NCBI GenBank assembly: GCA_965204755.1
Contig: OZ242011.1
Location: 64,001 to 128,000, forward strand
DNA: 64,000 nucleotides
Direction of reading: 5' to 3'
From: Candidatus Marinacidobacterium sp.
GTDB lineage: Bacteria > Acidobacteriota > Vicinamibacteria > Marinacidobacterales > Marinacidobacteraceae
Shown: piece by piece, positions 49,755-58,132 of the stretch
Layout: each line of letters starts with the position of its first letter
Position numbering within the stretch: position 1 is the first letter of the stretch
Made by a program: the position numbers and the translations under genes
The notes under the pieces: generated by a model
The model's database searches: none
What the model was told of the DNA's origin: nothing
What the model saw: the letters and a program-made list of their open reading frames with translations, nothing else

Positions 49755-51172
49755 TTCCGTTTCGCGCCGGTCGGGGGGGCCGGTTGGGGGCCGGTTGGGG
49801 GCCGGTTGGGGGGCCGGCCGCCTCCTCCGCCGAAGCCGCCGGCCCCCCCGCAGACCTCGGGCTCGGCCTCGAGTCGGGCGAGCACCGCCTCCGCCGCCCA
49901 CCGGTGCCCGGCCCGGCTCCAGTGGTGGTCGCGCGGCGAGAGGGACGCCTCCCGCGGGTCGCCCCCGGCGCGGACGATCGCTTGGTACTGGTCCAGGACC
50001 GGGATGCCCCGGGCCTCGGCCAGCGACCGGAGGGCCGCCACGGCTTCCCGGCCGGCGACTTCCGTCGTCCGGTGGGTGGCGAGCAGCCACAGCCGGGCGC
50101 CGTCCCGGTCGGCGCGGGAGCGGAACTCGTCGAGCGCGAAACCGGTCATCGCGACCGCCTCCCGATAGGCGGGAGGCAGGCGGGCCTCCCATCCCCCCTC
50201 GCCGCCGTCGGCGGCGAAGGCCCGCCCGATCTCCCGGGTCACGGAGTCGTACAGGGCCTCGCCGCGCCCCGGCCGCCAGTCCCCGAAGGGCGGAGGGCCG
50301 GCCGCCGCCCCGATCTCCTCCAACCGGTCGGAACGGTGGCGCCCGAGACGGGCGAGGTACAGCGTCCGCGCCCGGCCATACACCCAATCGGCGGCGTAGG
50401 AGACCTCGCGCAGGCGAAGGGCAAGGGCCCGGAGAAGCCTCGAAGCGGATTCCGGGACGCCGAGGCCGGCCGCCCACTGCCCCGCCGCCGCGTCGGGGTG
50501 CGGCGGACGCAGCCGGATCCTCCCGTCCCCGCCCCTCACTGCGGTCGCGAACGGCAGGCGCTCCGGGTCGAAGCCCTCGCGGAGGGCGTACAGCATCGCG
50601 TGGTTGTCCGGGAAGTCGTTCCGGTGGAAGACGAGGATCACGAGTTTCGGGGAGAGGCGGCGCGCGTAGCGGTCGTAGAAGGGCAGTTGGTGGACCTGCG
50701 CGGTGCCGCCCCGACCGAAGGCGGAGACCGTGAGGTCCAGGGCCGGAAAGGCGCGCGCACCGAGGCCCTCGAGGATCGCCGGGAACTTGTACTCCACGGC
50801 GACTTCCTTGGCCTCGACGAAGGAGTCCCCGATCACCGTCAGGTGGCAGCCGGCCGCCGCCCGCTCCGGCGAGGGAGGCTCGCGGTCCAGGAAGCCCCAG
50901 CGGTTCGTCCGGGACACCGTCCAGTAGTCCCGCCCGTTCGTCCATCGCACTTCGCGGTCGGGCGGCAGCAGGAGCCCCGCTTCCGGGACGAACCGGGCCG
51001 GATAGACGCTGTGCAGGAAGGGCCGGGTGGAGCGGAGCCGGATCTCGGCGATTCCTCCGACCAGGAGGAGCAGGCCGGCGAGGACGGCGGCGTTCACCCC
51101 GACCACCCGGCGCCATCCCCGCCCGGCGCCCGCCCGCGAACCCTCGACCGGGCCCGCCGTCGAACCCGTCAT
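49751..51172 (-). CDS. Membrane-anchored SGNH protein
   Basis: GDSFVEA, NDFPDN, DHHWS. Confidence 0.8.
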   Translation of the reverse strand: MTGSTAGPVEGSRAGAGRGWRRVVGVNAAVLAGLLLLVGGIAEIRLRSTRPFLHSVYPARFVPEAGLLLPPDREVRWTNGRDYWTVSRTNRWGFLDREPPSPERAAAGCHLTVIGDSFVEAKEVAVEYKFPAILEGLGARAFPALDLTVSAFGRGGTAQVHQLPFYDRYARRLSPKLVILVFHRNDFPDNHAMLYALREGFDPERLPFATAVRGGDGRIRLRPPHPDAAAGQWAAGLGVPESASRLLRALALRLREVSYAADWVYGRARTLYLARLGRHRSDRLEEIGAAAGPPPFGDWRPGRGEALYDSVTREIGRAFAADGGEGGWEARLPPAYREAVAMTGFALDEFRSRADRDGARLWLLATHRTTEVAGREAVAALRSLAEARGIPVLDQYQAIVRAGGDPREASLSPRDHHWSRAGHRWAAEAVLARLEAEPEVCGGAGGFGGGGGRPPNRPPTGPQPAPPTGAKRK

Positions 51173-51215
51173 CGCGCGGTCCGGAGCACTCGGGGGACGG
51201 CTCTCGAAGGTCGGC

Positions 51216-52610
51216 TCAGGGGTACGGGCCGCCGGGGCCCGGAGCGGCGCCGCCCCCTTCGCCGGGGCCGGCCTCCCCCCCGCAGACCTCGGGGCCGGCC
51301 GACATCCGGGCGAACACCGCCTCCGCCGCCCACCGGTGCCCGGCCCGGTTCCAGTGGAGGTCGCGCCGCGAGATGGACGCCTCCCGCGGATCGCCCCCGG
51401 CGCGGACGATCGCCTCGTGCTGGTCGATGACCGGGATACCCCGGGCCCCGGCCAACGACCGGACGGCCGCCACCGCTTCCCGGCCGGCGACCGCCGTCGT
51501 CCGGTGGGTGACGAGCAGCCACACCCGGGCGCCGTCCCGGTCCGCGCGGGAGCGGAACTCGTCGAGCGCGAAGCCGGTCAGCGCGACCGCCTCCCGATAG
51601 GCCGGCGGCAGGCGGGCCTCCCAGCCCTCCCGGCCTTCCCGGCCTTCCCGGCCCTCCCGGCCCTCCCGGCCGCTGCCGCCGGCGGCGAAGGCGCGCCCGA
51701 TCTCCTTCGCCGCCCAGCGGTACAGCGGCTCGCCGCGCCCCGGCCGCCAGTCCCCGAACGGCCAGGGGCCGGCCCCCGAATCCATCTCCTCCAAGCCGTC
51801 GGAGCGGCGGCGCTCGAGACGGGCATGGAACCCCGACCGCGCCCGGCCATAGACCCAGTCGGCGGCGTAGGAGACTTCGCGCAGGCGGAGGGCGAGGGCC
51901 CGAAGAGCCCGGGAAGCGGATACGGAGACGCCGAGGCCGGCCGCCCACCGGCTCGCCGCCGCGTCCGGATGCGGCGGGCGCAAGCGGATCGTCCCGTCCC
52001 CCTCCCTCGCCGCTGTCGCGTACGGCAGGCGCTCCGGGTCGTATCTCTCGCCGAGGGCGTACAGCATCGGCGCGTTGTCCGCGAAGTCGTTCAGGTGGAA
52101 GACCAGGACCACGAGTTTCGGCGACAGGCGCCGCGCGTAACGGTCGTAGAAGGCCAGTTGGTGGACTTGCCCGGTCCCGCCGCGACCGAAGGCGGAGACC
52201 GTGATCCCCCGGTCCGGAAAGGCCCGCGACGCGAGGCCTTCGAGGAGCGCCGGGAACTTGTCCTCCATGGCGACTTCCTTGGCTTCAACGAAGGAGTCCC
52301 CGATCACCGTCAGGTGGCAGCCCGCCGCCGCCCGCTCCGGGGAAGGAGGCTCCCGGTCCAGGAAGCCCCACGAGTTCGTCCGGGACACCGTCCAGTAGTC
52401 CTCCCCGTTCGTCCATCGCACTTCGCTGTCGGGCGGCGCCAGGAAGCCGACTTCCGGAACGAATTCCGCCGGATAGACGCTGTGCAGGAAGGGCCGGGTC
52501 GAGCGGAGCCGGACCTCGGCGGCGAGGGCGGCCAGGACGAGCAGTCCGCCGAGGACGGCGGCGTTCGCCCCGATCACCCGGAGCGTCCGCCGCCCGGCGC
52601 CGCGGGTCAC
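51216..52610 (-). CDS. Membrane-anchored SGNH protein, close tandem paralog of 49751-51172
   Basis: GTGA-coupled start 52610 within ORF 51216..55574; GDSFVEA, NDFADN, DLHWN; (GRE)x5 insertion. Confidence 0.8.
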   Translation of the reverse strand: MTRGAGRRTLRVIGANAAVLGGLLVLAALAAEVRLRSTRPFLHSVYPAEFVPEVGFLAPPDSEVRWTNGEDYWTVSRTNSWGFLDREPPSPERAAAGCHLTVIGDSFVEAKEVAMEDKFPALLEGLASRAFPDRGITVSAFGRGGTGQVHQLAFYDRYARRLSPKLVVLVFHLNDFADNAPMLYALGERYDPERLPYATAAREGDGTIRLRPPHPDAAASRWAAGLGVSVSASRALRALALRLREVSYAADWVYGRARSGFHARLERRRSDGLEEMDSGAGPWPFGDWRPGRGEPLYRWAAKEIGRAFAAGGSGREGREGREGREGREGWEARLPPAYREAVALTGFALDEFRSRADRDGARVWLLVTHRTTAVAGREAVAAVRSLAGARGIPVIDQHEAIVRAGGDPREASISRRDLHWNRAGHRWAAEAVFARMSAGPEVCGGEAGPGEGGGAAPGPGGPYP

Positions 52611-54127
52611 CGCGCGTCCGCCGCGGGAACCCGGCGCGGCCGCCGTCCGAACAGGGCGTACGCGAGGAGCGCCCAGAGGCAGACGACTTCGAGCGGCCAC
52701 ATCGCGGCGCTGTATCGCAACTTCCCGAAGTTCAGCGCCGCGATGAGCGCGAAGTAACCGTGCGCCGAGACCGAGGCCGCGGCCGCCAGGGCGAGCAGCG
52801 GCCCCGGGCGCCCGTCCCGCCCGAGCCGCCGAAAGGCGGCGAGTCCGACGACGAGCAGCGAAGCGGCGAAGACCGCGAACACCGCGGCGCGGTGGGCCGA
52901 CCGGAGGGTTCGCGACCGGCCGCGGCTCTCCGGCGGCGGCGCCGCGGCGCGGGCCTCCCGGAACAGCGGCGTCGGCGCCGCGGTCCCGGCGTAGGCCCGG
53001 AAGGTCCGGGCGAACTCCGGCGAATGGATCGAGGTGTGGGTCCAGAGGGTGACCAGGTGGCGCAGCGCGTTCGCCGCCCACTCGCCGGGCGCGGCGAGCA
53101 GGGCGGCGCGGCCGATCTCCCCGGCGATCCGCTCCGGCGGAAGGTCCCGCCGGGACTCCGCGCCGGCGGCCAACCGCTCGAGCCGCGGGCGGAAACGCCG
53201 CCGGTAGGTCGGGTGCTGCAGCGCGGTCTCCGCCCGGCCGAGCAGCAGGGCGCGGAGGGCCGGGTCCGGCGCGCGGTGGACGAACTCGCGGAGCGGGGCG
53301 GTGTAGCGGCGCTCCTCCGCGAAGAAGCGGTCCACCGCCGGGTCGCCGAACGAGTCCGGCGCCGACGGGATCAGCAGCGCCTTGGCGAAGAGATGGCGGT
53401 GGACGATGTTGGGGCGCTTCCCGATCTCCCCGCGCGCCGCGGAATGGGCGCGGCTCTCCCAGGCGATCCCCGCGGCGATCGAAACCGCGCCGAGGGCGAG
53501 CAGGAACCCCCGCCGCCTCGGGCCGGCGGTTCCGAGGTCGCGCCAGAGGAGCCAGAAGACGAGCGGCCAGGCGAGCAGGAGCAGCGCCCCGGAGGGCCGG
53601 ACCGCCACCGCCAGGCCGGAGCAGAGGGCCGCGGCGGCGAGCGGCGCCGCCCGGGGGCGCGCGGCGAAGAGCGCCAGCGCGCCGACCGATCCCATGACGA
53701 GCGGGACGAAGAGGGCCTCGGAGAGGATGTAGGCGTGGAACCGGGGGACGGCGGCGGCGGCGAGGAGGCCGGGCAGCAGGAGGAGCGCGAACCGGGGGGC
53801 GCCGGCGGCGCGGCCCAGCGCGAAACCGAGGAAGGCGAGCGCCGCCGCCGTCAGGACGAGTTGGGCGCGGGTGACGCCTTCGAGACCGCCGAGCCGGGGA
53901 AGCGCCAGGTCCAGGAAGACCGGGTACCCGGCGGAGCGCCCGGCGTAGAAGTCCAGGTAGGAGCGGCTCTCCTCGAGCACCAGCGGCGTCTCCCCGAACG
54001 GGGAGAACGCGCCGCCGCCGATCGGGTTCGACCAGAACAGAGCGGTGTAGATCGCTCCGGCGAGCGGCCAGCACCAGGGCGCGAGACGCCCCGACGGCCC
54101 GCGGGGAGAGCGGGGCGCTTCTTCCAC
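52607..54127 (-). CDS. Polytopic membrane protein, probable GT-C glycosyltransferase
   Basis: EESRSY, RSAGYPVFL, ILSEALF, HLFAKAL, LRY; paralog of 41317-42870. Confidence 0.7.
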   Translation of the reverse strand: MEEAPRSPRGPSGRLAPWCWPLAGAIYTALFWSNPIGGGAFSPFGETPLVLEESRSYLDFYAGRSAGYPVFLDLALPRLGGLEGVTRAQLVLTAAALAFLGFALGRAAGAPRFALLLLPGLLAAAAVPRFHAYILSEALFVPLVMGSVGALALFAARPRAAPLAAAALCSGLAVAVRPSGALLLLAWPLVFWLLWRDLGTAGPRRRGFLLALGAVSIAAGIAWESRAHSAARGEIGKRPNIVHRHLFAKALLIPSAPDSFGDPAVDRFFAEERRYTAPLREFVHRAPDPALRALLLGRAETALQHPTYRRRFRPRLERLAAGAESRRDLPPERIAGEIGRAALLAAPGEWAANALRHLVTLWTHTSIHSPEFARTFRAYAGTAAPTPLFREARAAAPPPESRGRSRTLRSAHRAAVFAVFAASLLVVGLAAFRRLGRDGRPGPLLALAAAASVSAHGYFALIAALNFGKLRYSAAMWPLEVVCLWALLAYALFGRRPRRVPAADAR

Positions 54128-54133
54128 GGGCCG

Positions 54134-56047
54134 CTAGTCGGGCGCGAACTGCAGCCGGTGGGTTTCGGCGCGGAGCCCCGCCGGCTGCTCCCGCTTCCAC
54201 AGGAAGAAACCGCCGACGGCGAGAGCGTCGAGTTCCGTTCCCATGAAACAGCGGAAGGCGTCTTCCGGGGTGCACACGATCGGCTCGCCGCGCACATTGA
54301 AACTGGTGTTCACGAGCACCGGACAGCCGGTTTTCCCGTAGAACGATTCGAGCAGCGCGTGGAAGAGCGGGTTCGTTTCGCGATGGACGGTCTGCACCCG
54401 GGCGGAGCCGTCCACATGGGTGACGGCCGGGATTTCGGACCGCTTCTCCGCGAGGAGTTCGAATCCGGTTTCCGCTCCCCGCGCGGCGCGGGCGGGCGGT
54501 TCCACCGCGAGGCGCCGCTTCCGATGCACCTCGGCGACGAGCAGCATGTACGGGCTCTCCCGGTCGAGTTCGAACCAGTCGGCGGCCTCCTCGGCGAGGA
54601 CGCTCGGCGCGAAAGGACGAAACGACTCCCGGTACTTGATCTTCAGGTTCAGGTTCCGCTGCATGTCCGGGGATCTCGGGTCGGCCAGGATGGAGCGGTT
54701 GCCGAGGGCGCGCGGTCCGAACTCCATCCGCCCCTGGAACCAGCCGAGCGCCCGGCCGGCGGCCAGCGCCCCGGCGGCGGTTTCGACCAGGCCGTCTTCG
54801 TCGAGGACCTCGTACCGCGCCCCCCGGGCGTCGAGCGCCGAGCGGATCGCCGCCTCGTCGAATTCCGGCCCCAGGAAGGCGCCTTCCATGGCGTCCCGAT
54901 CTCCGGAAACGACGGACGGAGCGGGAGCGGCGCCGGCCCGGCGTCCGCCCTCCCGACGGCGGGTCGAAGCGCGGACGCGGGGGACGCCGAGCAGCCGGTG
55001 GCTCGCCGCCAGCGCGGCGCCGAGCGCCCCTCCGGCGTCTCCGGCGGCGGGCTGCACCCAGATCCCCTCGAACCGGCTGTCGCGCGCCACCCGGCCGTTC
55101 GCCACGCAGTTGAGCGCCACCCCGCCGGCGAGGCACAGGTTGCGAAGCCCGGTCTCCTCCCGGAGCGACCGGGTGAGCCGGAGCACCGCTTCCTCGACCA
55201 CCGCCTGCACCGAAGCCGCGAGGTCCCGGTGCCGCCGGGTCAGCGGCTCGCCGGGCCGGCGCGGCGGGCCGCCGAACAACTCGTCGAACTTCCGGTTGGT
55301 CATGGTGAGGCCGGTGCAGTAGTCGAAGTAGTCGAGGTCGAGGCGAAAGGTCCCGTCCGGCTTCAGGTCCAGGACCCGGTCGAGGATCAGCGGGGCATAG
55401 CGGGGCTCGCCGTACGGCGCGAGCCCCATCACCTTGTATTCCCCGGAGTTCACCTTGAACCCGGTATGGAAGGTGAAGGCGGAATAGAGGAGGCCGAGCG
55501 AATGCGGAAAGTGGATTTCCTTTACCACCTCCAGGTCGCCGCCATACCCGATCGCCGCGGAAGTGGTGGCCCATTCCCCGACGCCGTCCATGGTGAGCAC
55601 GACCGCGTCTTCGAACGGCGACGGGTAGAAGGCGCTGGCCGCGTGCGACTGGTGGTGTTCGGCGAACAGCAGGCGCTCTTCCCAGGGGGCGTCGGGAGCG
55701 ATCTTCCGGAGTCGGCGGAGCAACAGGTTCTTCTGGAACAGTTTCTCCGTGATCCAGATCGGCGCGGCCAGCCGGAACGAACGAAACCCCTTGGGCGCGA
55801 ACGCGAGCCCGGTCTCCAGCAGCCGCTCGAACTTGAGGAACGGCTTGTCGTAGAAGACCACCCGGTCCACGGCTTCGGGCGCGATCCCGGCGCGTTCGAG
55901 ACAGAACGAGACCGCCCGCTCCGGATAGTCGGCGTCGTGCTTTCGCCGGGTGAACCGCTCCTCCTGGGCGGCGGCGACGATCCGCCCGTCCTCGACCAGG
56001 GCGGCGGCGCTGTCGTGGTAGAACGCCGACAGGCCGAGGACGCGCAA
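54134..56047 (-). CDS. O-carbamoyltransferase, NodU/CmcH/TobZ family (SxtI-like)
   Basis: FYHDSAAA, HHQSHAASAF, DGVGE, GEYKVMGLAPYG, GGVALN, EFGPRALGNRS, RESFRPFAP, HVDGSARVQ, NTSFN. Confidence 0.95.
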   Translation of the reverse strand: MRVLGLSAFYHDSAAALVEDGRIVAAAQEERFTRRKHDADYPERAVSFCLERAGIAPEAVDRVVFYDKPFLKFERLLETGLAFAPKGFRSFRLAAPIWITEKLFQKNLLLRRLRKIAPDAPWEERLLFAEHHQSHAASAFYPSPFEDAVVLTMDGVGEWATTSAAIGYGGDLEVVKEIHFPHSLGLLYSAFTFHTGFKVNSGEYKVMGLAPYGEPRYAPLILDRVLDLKPDGTFRLDLDYFDYCTGLTMTNRKFDELFGGPPRRPGEPLTRRHRDLAASVQAVVEEAVLRLTRSLREETGLRNLCLAGGVALNCVANGRVARDSRFEGIWVQPAAGDAGGALGAALAASHRLLGVPRVRASTRRREGGRRAGAAPAPSVVSGDRDAMEGAFLGPEFDEAAIRSALDARGARYEVLDEDGLVETAAGALAAGRALGWFQGRMEFGPRALGNRSILADPRSPDMQRNLNLKIKYRESFRPFAPSVLAEEAADWFELDRESPYMLLVAEVHRKRRLAVEPPARAARGAETGFELLAEKRSEIPAVTHVDGSARVQTVHRETNPLFHALLESFYGKTGCPVLVNTSFNVRGEPIVCTPEDAFRCFMGTELDALAVGGFFLWKREQPAGLRAETHRLQFAPD

Positions 56048-56051
56048 GGAC

Positions 56052-56201
56052 TCAGAAGATCGTGTAGATCATGGGCGCGACGGCGGTGGTCTGGGCGAGC
56101 GCGATCAACCCGGCCAGCATCAGCAGGGTCACGATGACCGGAAACAGCCAGTACTTCTTGCGCACGCGCAGGAAAGCCCACAGTTCGCGGAGGAAAGACA
56201 T
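56052..56201 (-). CDS. DUF5989 / SxtK-like 49-aa single-TM peptide
   Basis: Below the ORF-track cutoff. Manual translation gives MSFLRELWAFLRVRKKYWLFPVIVTLLMLAGLIALAQTTAVAPMIYTIF, with an AAAAGGGGA RBS upstream. Confidence 0.9.
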   Translation of the reverse strand: MSFLRELWAFLRVRKKYWLFPVIVTLLMLAGLIALAQTTAVAPMIYTIF

Positions 56202-56279
56202 GCGGTGTCCCCTTTTCGGTGTCGGTGTCGCGATCGGTCGTCGGTTCCGCGGGAGTCCCGGGAGGTCGGTTCCCCCGGT

Positions 56280-56741
56280 TCAGAACTGACGCGTCAGGGA
56301 ATCCGGGGCCGGACCGGGCGGCTCCCGGAGGATCCAGTAGGTCTTCGCGGAGGGCGCCCGCGAAAGGCGCAACGGGTCCTTGCCCAAGGCCCGGCCGAGC
56401 AGCGCGATCGGGGTGACCACCCCGAAATAGATCCCGCCGAGGATCACCGTCTGGGCCACCGGCTGGACGAAGCGGCGCAACAGCGACCCGAGGCGCTGCC
56501 AGAGGAAGTGGAGCGGCGCGAGCAGCCCGGGGGCGGCGAGCGAGAGGAGGAGGAAACCGGCGGAGACGGCGAACGCCCAGGCGCGGAAGGGCCGCCCCCC
56601 GAGCATCGGCAGGGCGCCGAGCGCGGAGAAGGCGACGACCATGACCAGCCCGAAGGCGCGGTCGGAACTCGGCGCCGGCGCGGTCGCCCGGCCCGCCCGC
56701 TCGTGGGTCTGGCGCTCGTGCGTTTCGATGCTTCTCGGCAT
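56280..56741 (-). CDS. SxtJ-family membrane protein
   Basis: SDRAFG, LAPL..W, YFGVVTPI, GKDPLRL, TYW, terminal RQF; ATG 56741. Confidence 0.85.
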   Translation of the reverse strand: MPRSIETHERQTHERAGRATAPAPSSDRAFGLVMVVAFSALGALPMLGGRPFRAWAFAVSAGFLLLSLAAPGLLAPLHFLWQRLGSLLRRFVQPVAQTVILGGIYFGVVTPIALLGRALGKDPLRLSRAPSAKTYWILREPPGPAPDSLTRQF

Positions 56742-56962
56742 GTGGGGCGGTGGTCGGTCCGGCCGGCCTCGCGGCGGTTCCCGGGGCGGGCGGCGCGAAT
56801 ATCCTACGCCCGCCCGCTCCTCCCCCCACCGCAGCGACTGCGGACCCGCCCGCCCCGGCGGGGCGCTCGATCCGGGTTCCCCCGGCCCGCGCCGGCCGCG
56901 CGGCTTCGCCGGTTGCCGGAGCGGTCCGCCCCCCTTATCGAGTCGTCCCACCCCGCACCGCA

Positions 56963-58132
56963 GTGGCCGCGCGGATCCTCTGCCTCGTTCCCGCGCTGGA
57001 ACACGCCCACTACTCGCGGCGGGCGGCGATGCTGCAGCGGGCCGGCTTCGCGGTGGAAGCGATCGGCTTCGACCGCGAGGGGCGGCCCGGCGGCGGCTTC
57101 GCCTGTCCGGCCACCTCCCTCGGCGCCTTGCCCCGGGGGAAGTACGCCCGGCGCCTGCTCCTCCTGGCGAGGGCCCTGCCCCGTCTCCGCCGGGCCATGC
57201 GCCGCGCCGACCTCCTCTACGCCTTCGGCCCCGACCTGGCCGGGCTGGCCCTGCTGGCGGCCGTTCGCGTCCGGGGGAGGCCCCTCGCTCCGGTGGTGAT
57301 CGAGACCCCGGACATCCGGCCGCGCCAGACCGGCGACGGCGCCGTTTCGCGGATCCTCCGCTTCGCGGAGCGCGCGCTGACGGCCCGCTGCCGGTTGCTG
57401 GTCCTCACCGCCGCCGACTACCGGATCTACTACCGGGAGTGGCTGCGGGTGGAGACGCCGAGCCTGCTGGTGGAGAACAAGGTGGCCCCCGACGCCGCCG
57501 ACGCCTTCGATCCCTCCTCGTCGGCCCCGCCGCCGGGGACGCCGTTCCGCGACCGCCCGCTGCGCCTCGGCTGGTTCGGCCTCCTCCGCGACGACTGGTC
57601 CCTCCGCCTGCTGGAGGCGCTCGAGCGGGACTTCCCCGGCCGGTTCGAGTTCACGGTGGCCGGCGCCCCGGCCCCGGTCCTCCCGGATTTCGAGCGGCGC
57701 GCCGCCCGCCTCGCCGGGCTCGATTACCGGGGGCCTTACCCGCAGGAACAGGCGCCCTCGCTCTTCGCCGGAGTGGACCTGGCCCTCGCGTGCTACCCCC
57801 CGGGGCCCCCGCACTGGCGGTGGTCGCGATCGAACCGTTTCTACCTGGCCTGTCTCGCCCGGACCCCGCCGGTCACCCGGGCCGGCACCGCCGACGCGGC
57901 GGAGGCCGAACGGGAGGGGCTCGGCCCCCTTCTCCGCGACGGCCGACCGAGCCGGGCCGCCGCCGCCCTCGACCGGATCACCGCCGACGACCTGGCCCGC
58001 TGGCGCCGGAACCTGGGGCGTCTCCCCCGGGCCCGCTATGTCGCGACGCCGGAAGACGACGCCCGGCTGGCGGGCGCGCTCGGCGCCGCGGCCCGGCGTC
58101 CGGCGGGCGTCCCCCCGGAGCGGCCCCGTTGA
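56963..58132 (+). CDS. ExoL-like glycosyltransferase (GT-B)
   Basis: RRAAMLQRAG..GFDR, PDI, LLVENKV, LGWFGLLR, YRGPY, NRFY; GTG 56963. Confidence 0.7.
   Translation: MAARILCLVPALEHAHYSRRAAMLQRAGFAVEAIGFDREGRPGGGFACPATSLGALPRGKYARRLLLLARALPRLRRAMRRADLLYAFGPDLAGLALLAAVRVRGRPLAPVVIETPDIRPRQTGDGAVSRILRFAERALTARCRLLVLTAADYRIYYREWLRVETPSLLVENKVAPDAADAFDPSSSAPPPGTPFRDRPLRLGWFGLLRDDWSLRLLEALERDFPGRFEFTVAGAPAPVLPDFERRAARLAGLDYRGPYPQEQAPSLFAGVDLALACYPPGPPHWRWSRSNRFYLACLARTPPVTRAGTADAAEAEREGLGPLLRDGRPSRAAAALDRITADDLARWRRNLGRLPRARYVATPEDDARLAGALGAAARRPAGVPPERPR

Noticed and set aside
54134-56741. Saxitoxin biosynthesis cluster, suggested by the sxtI/J/K-like triad
   Set aside because: No sxtA, sxtG or other core genes are present and the context is glycan modification, so gene symbols were not assigned.
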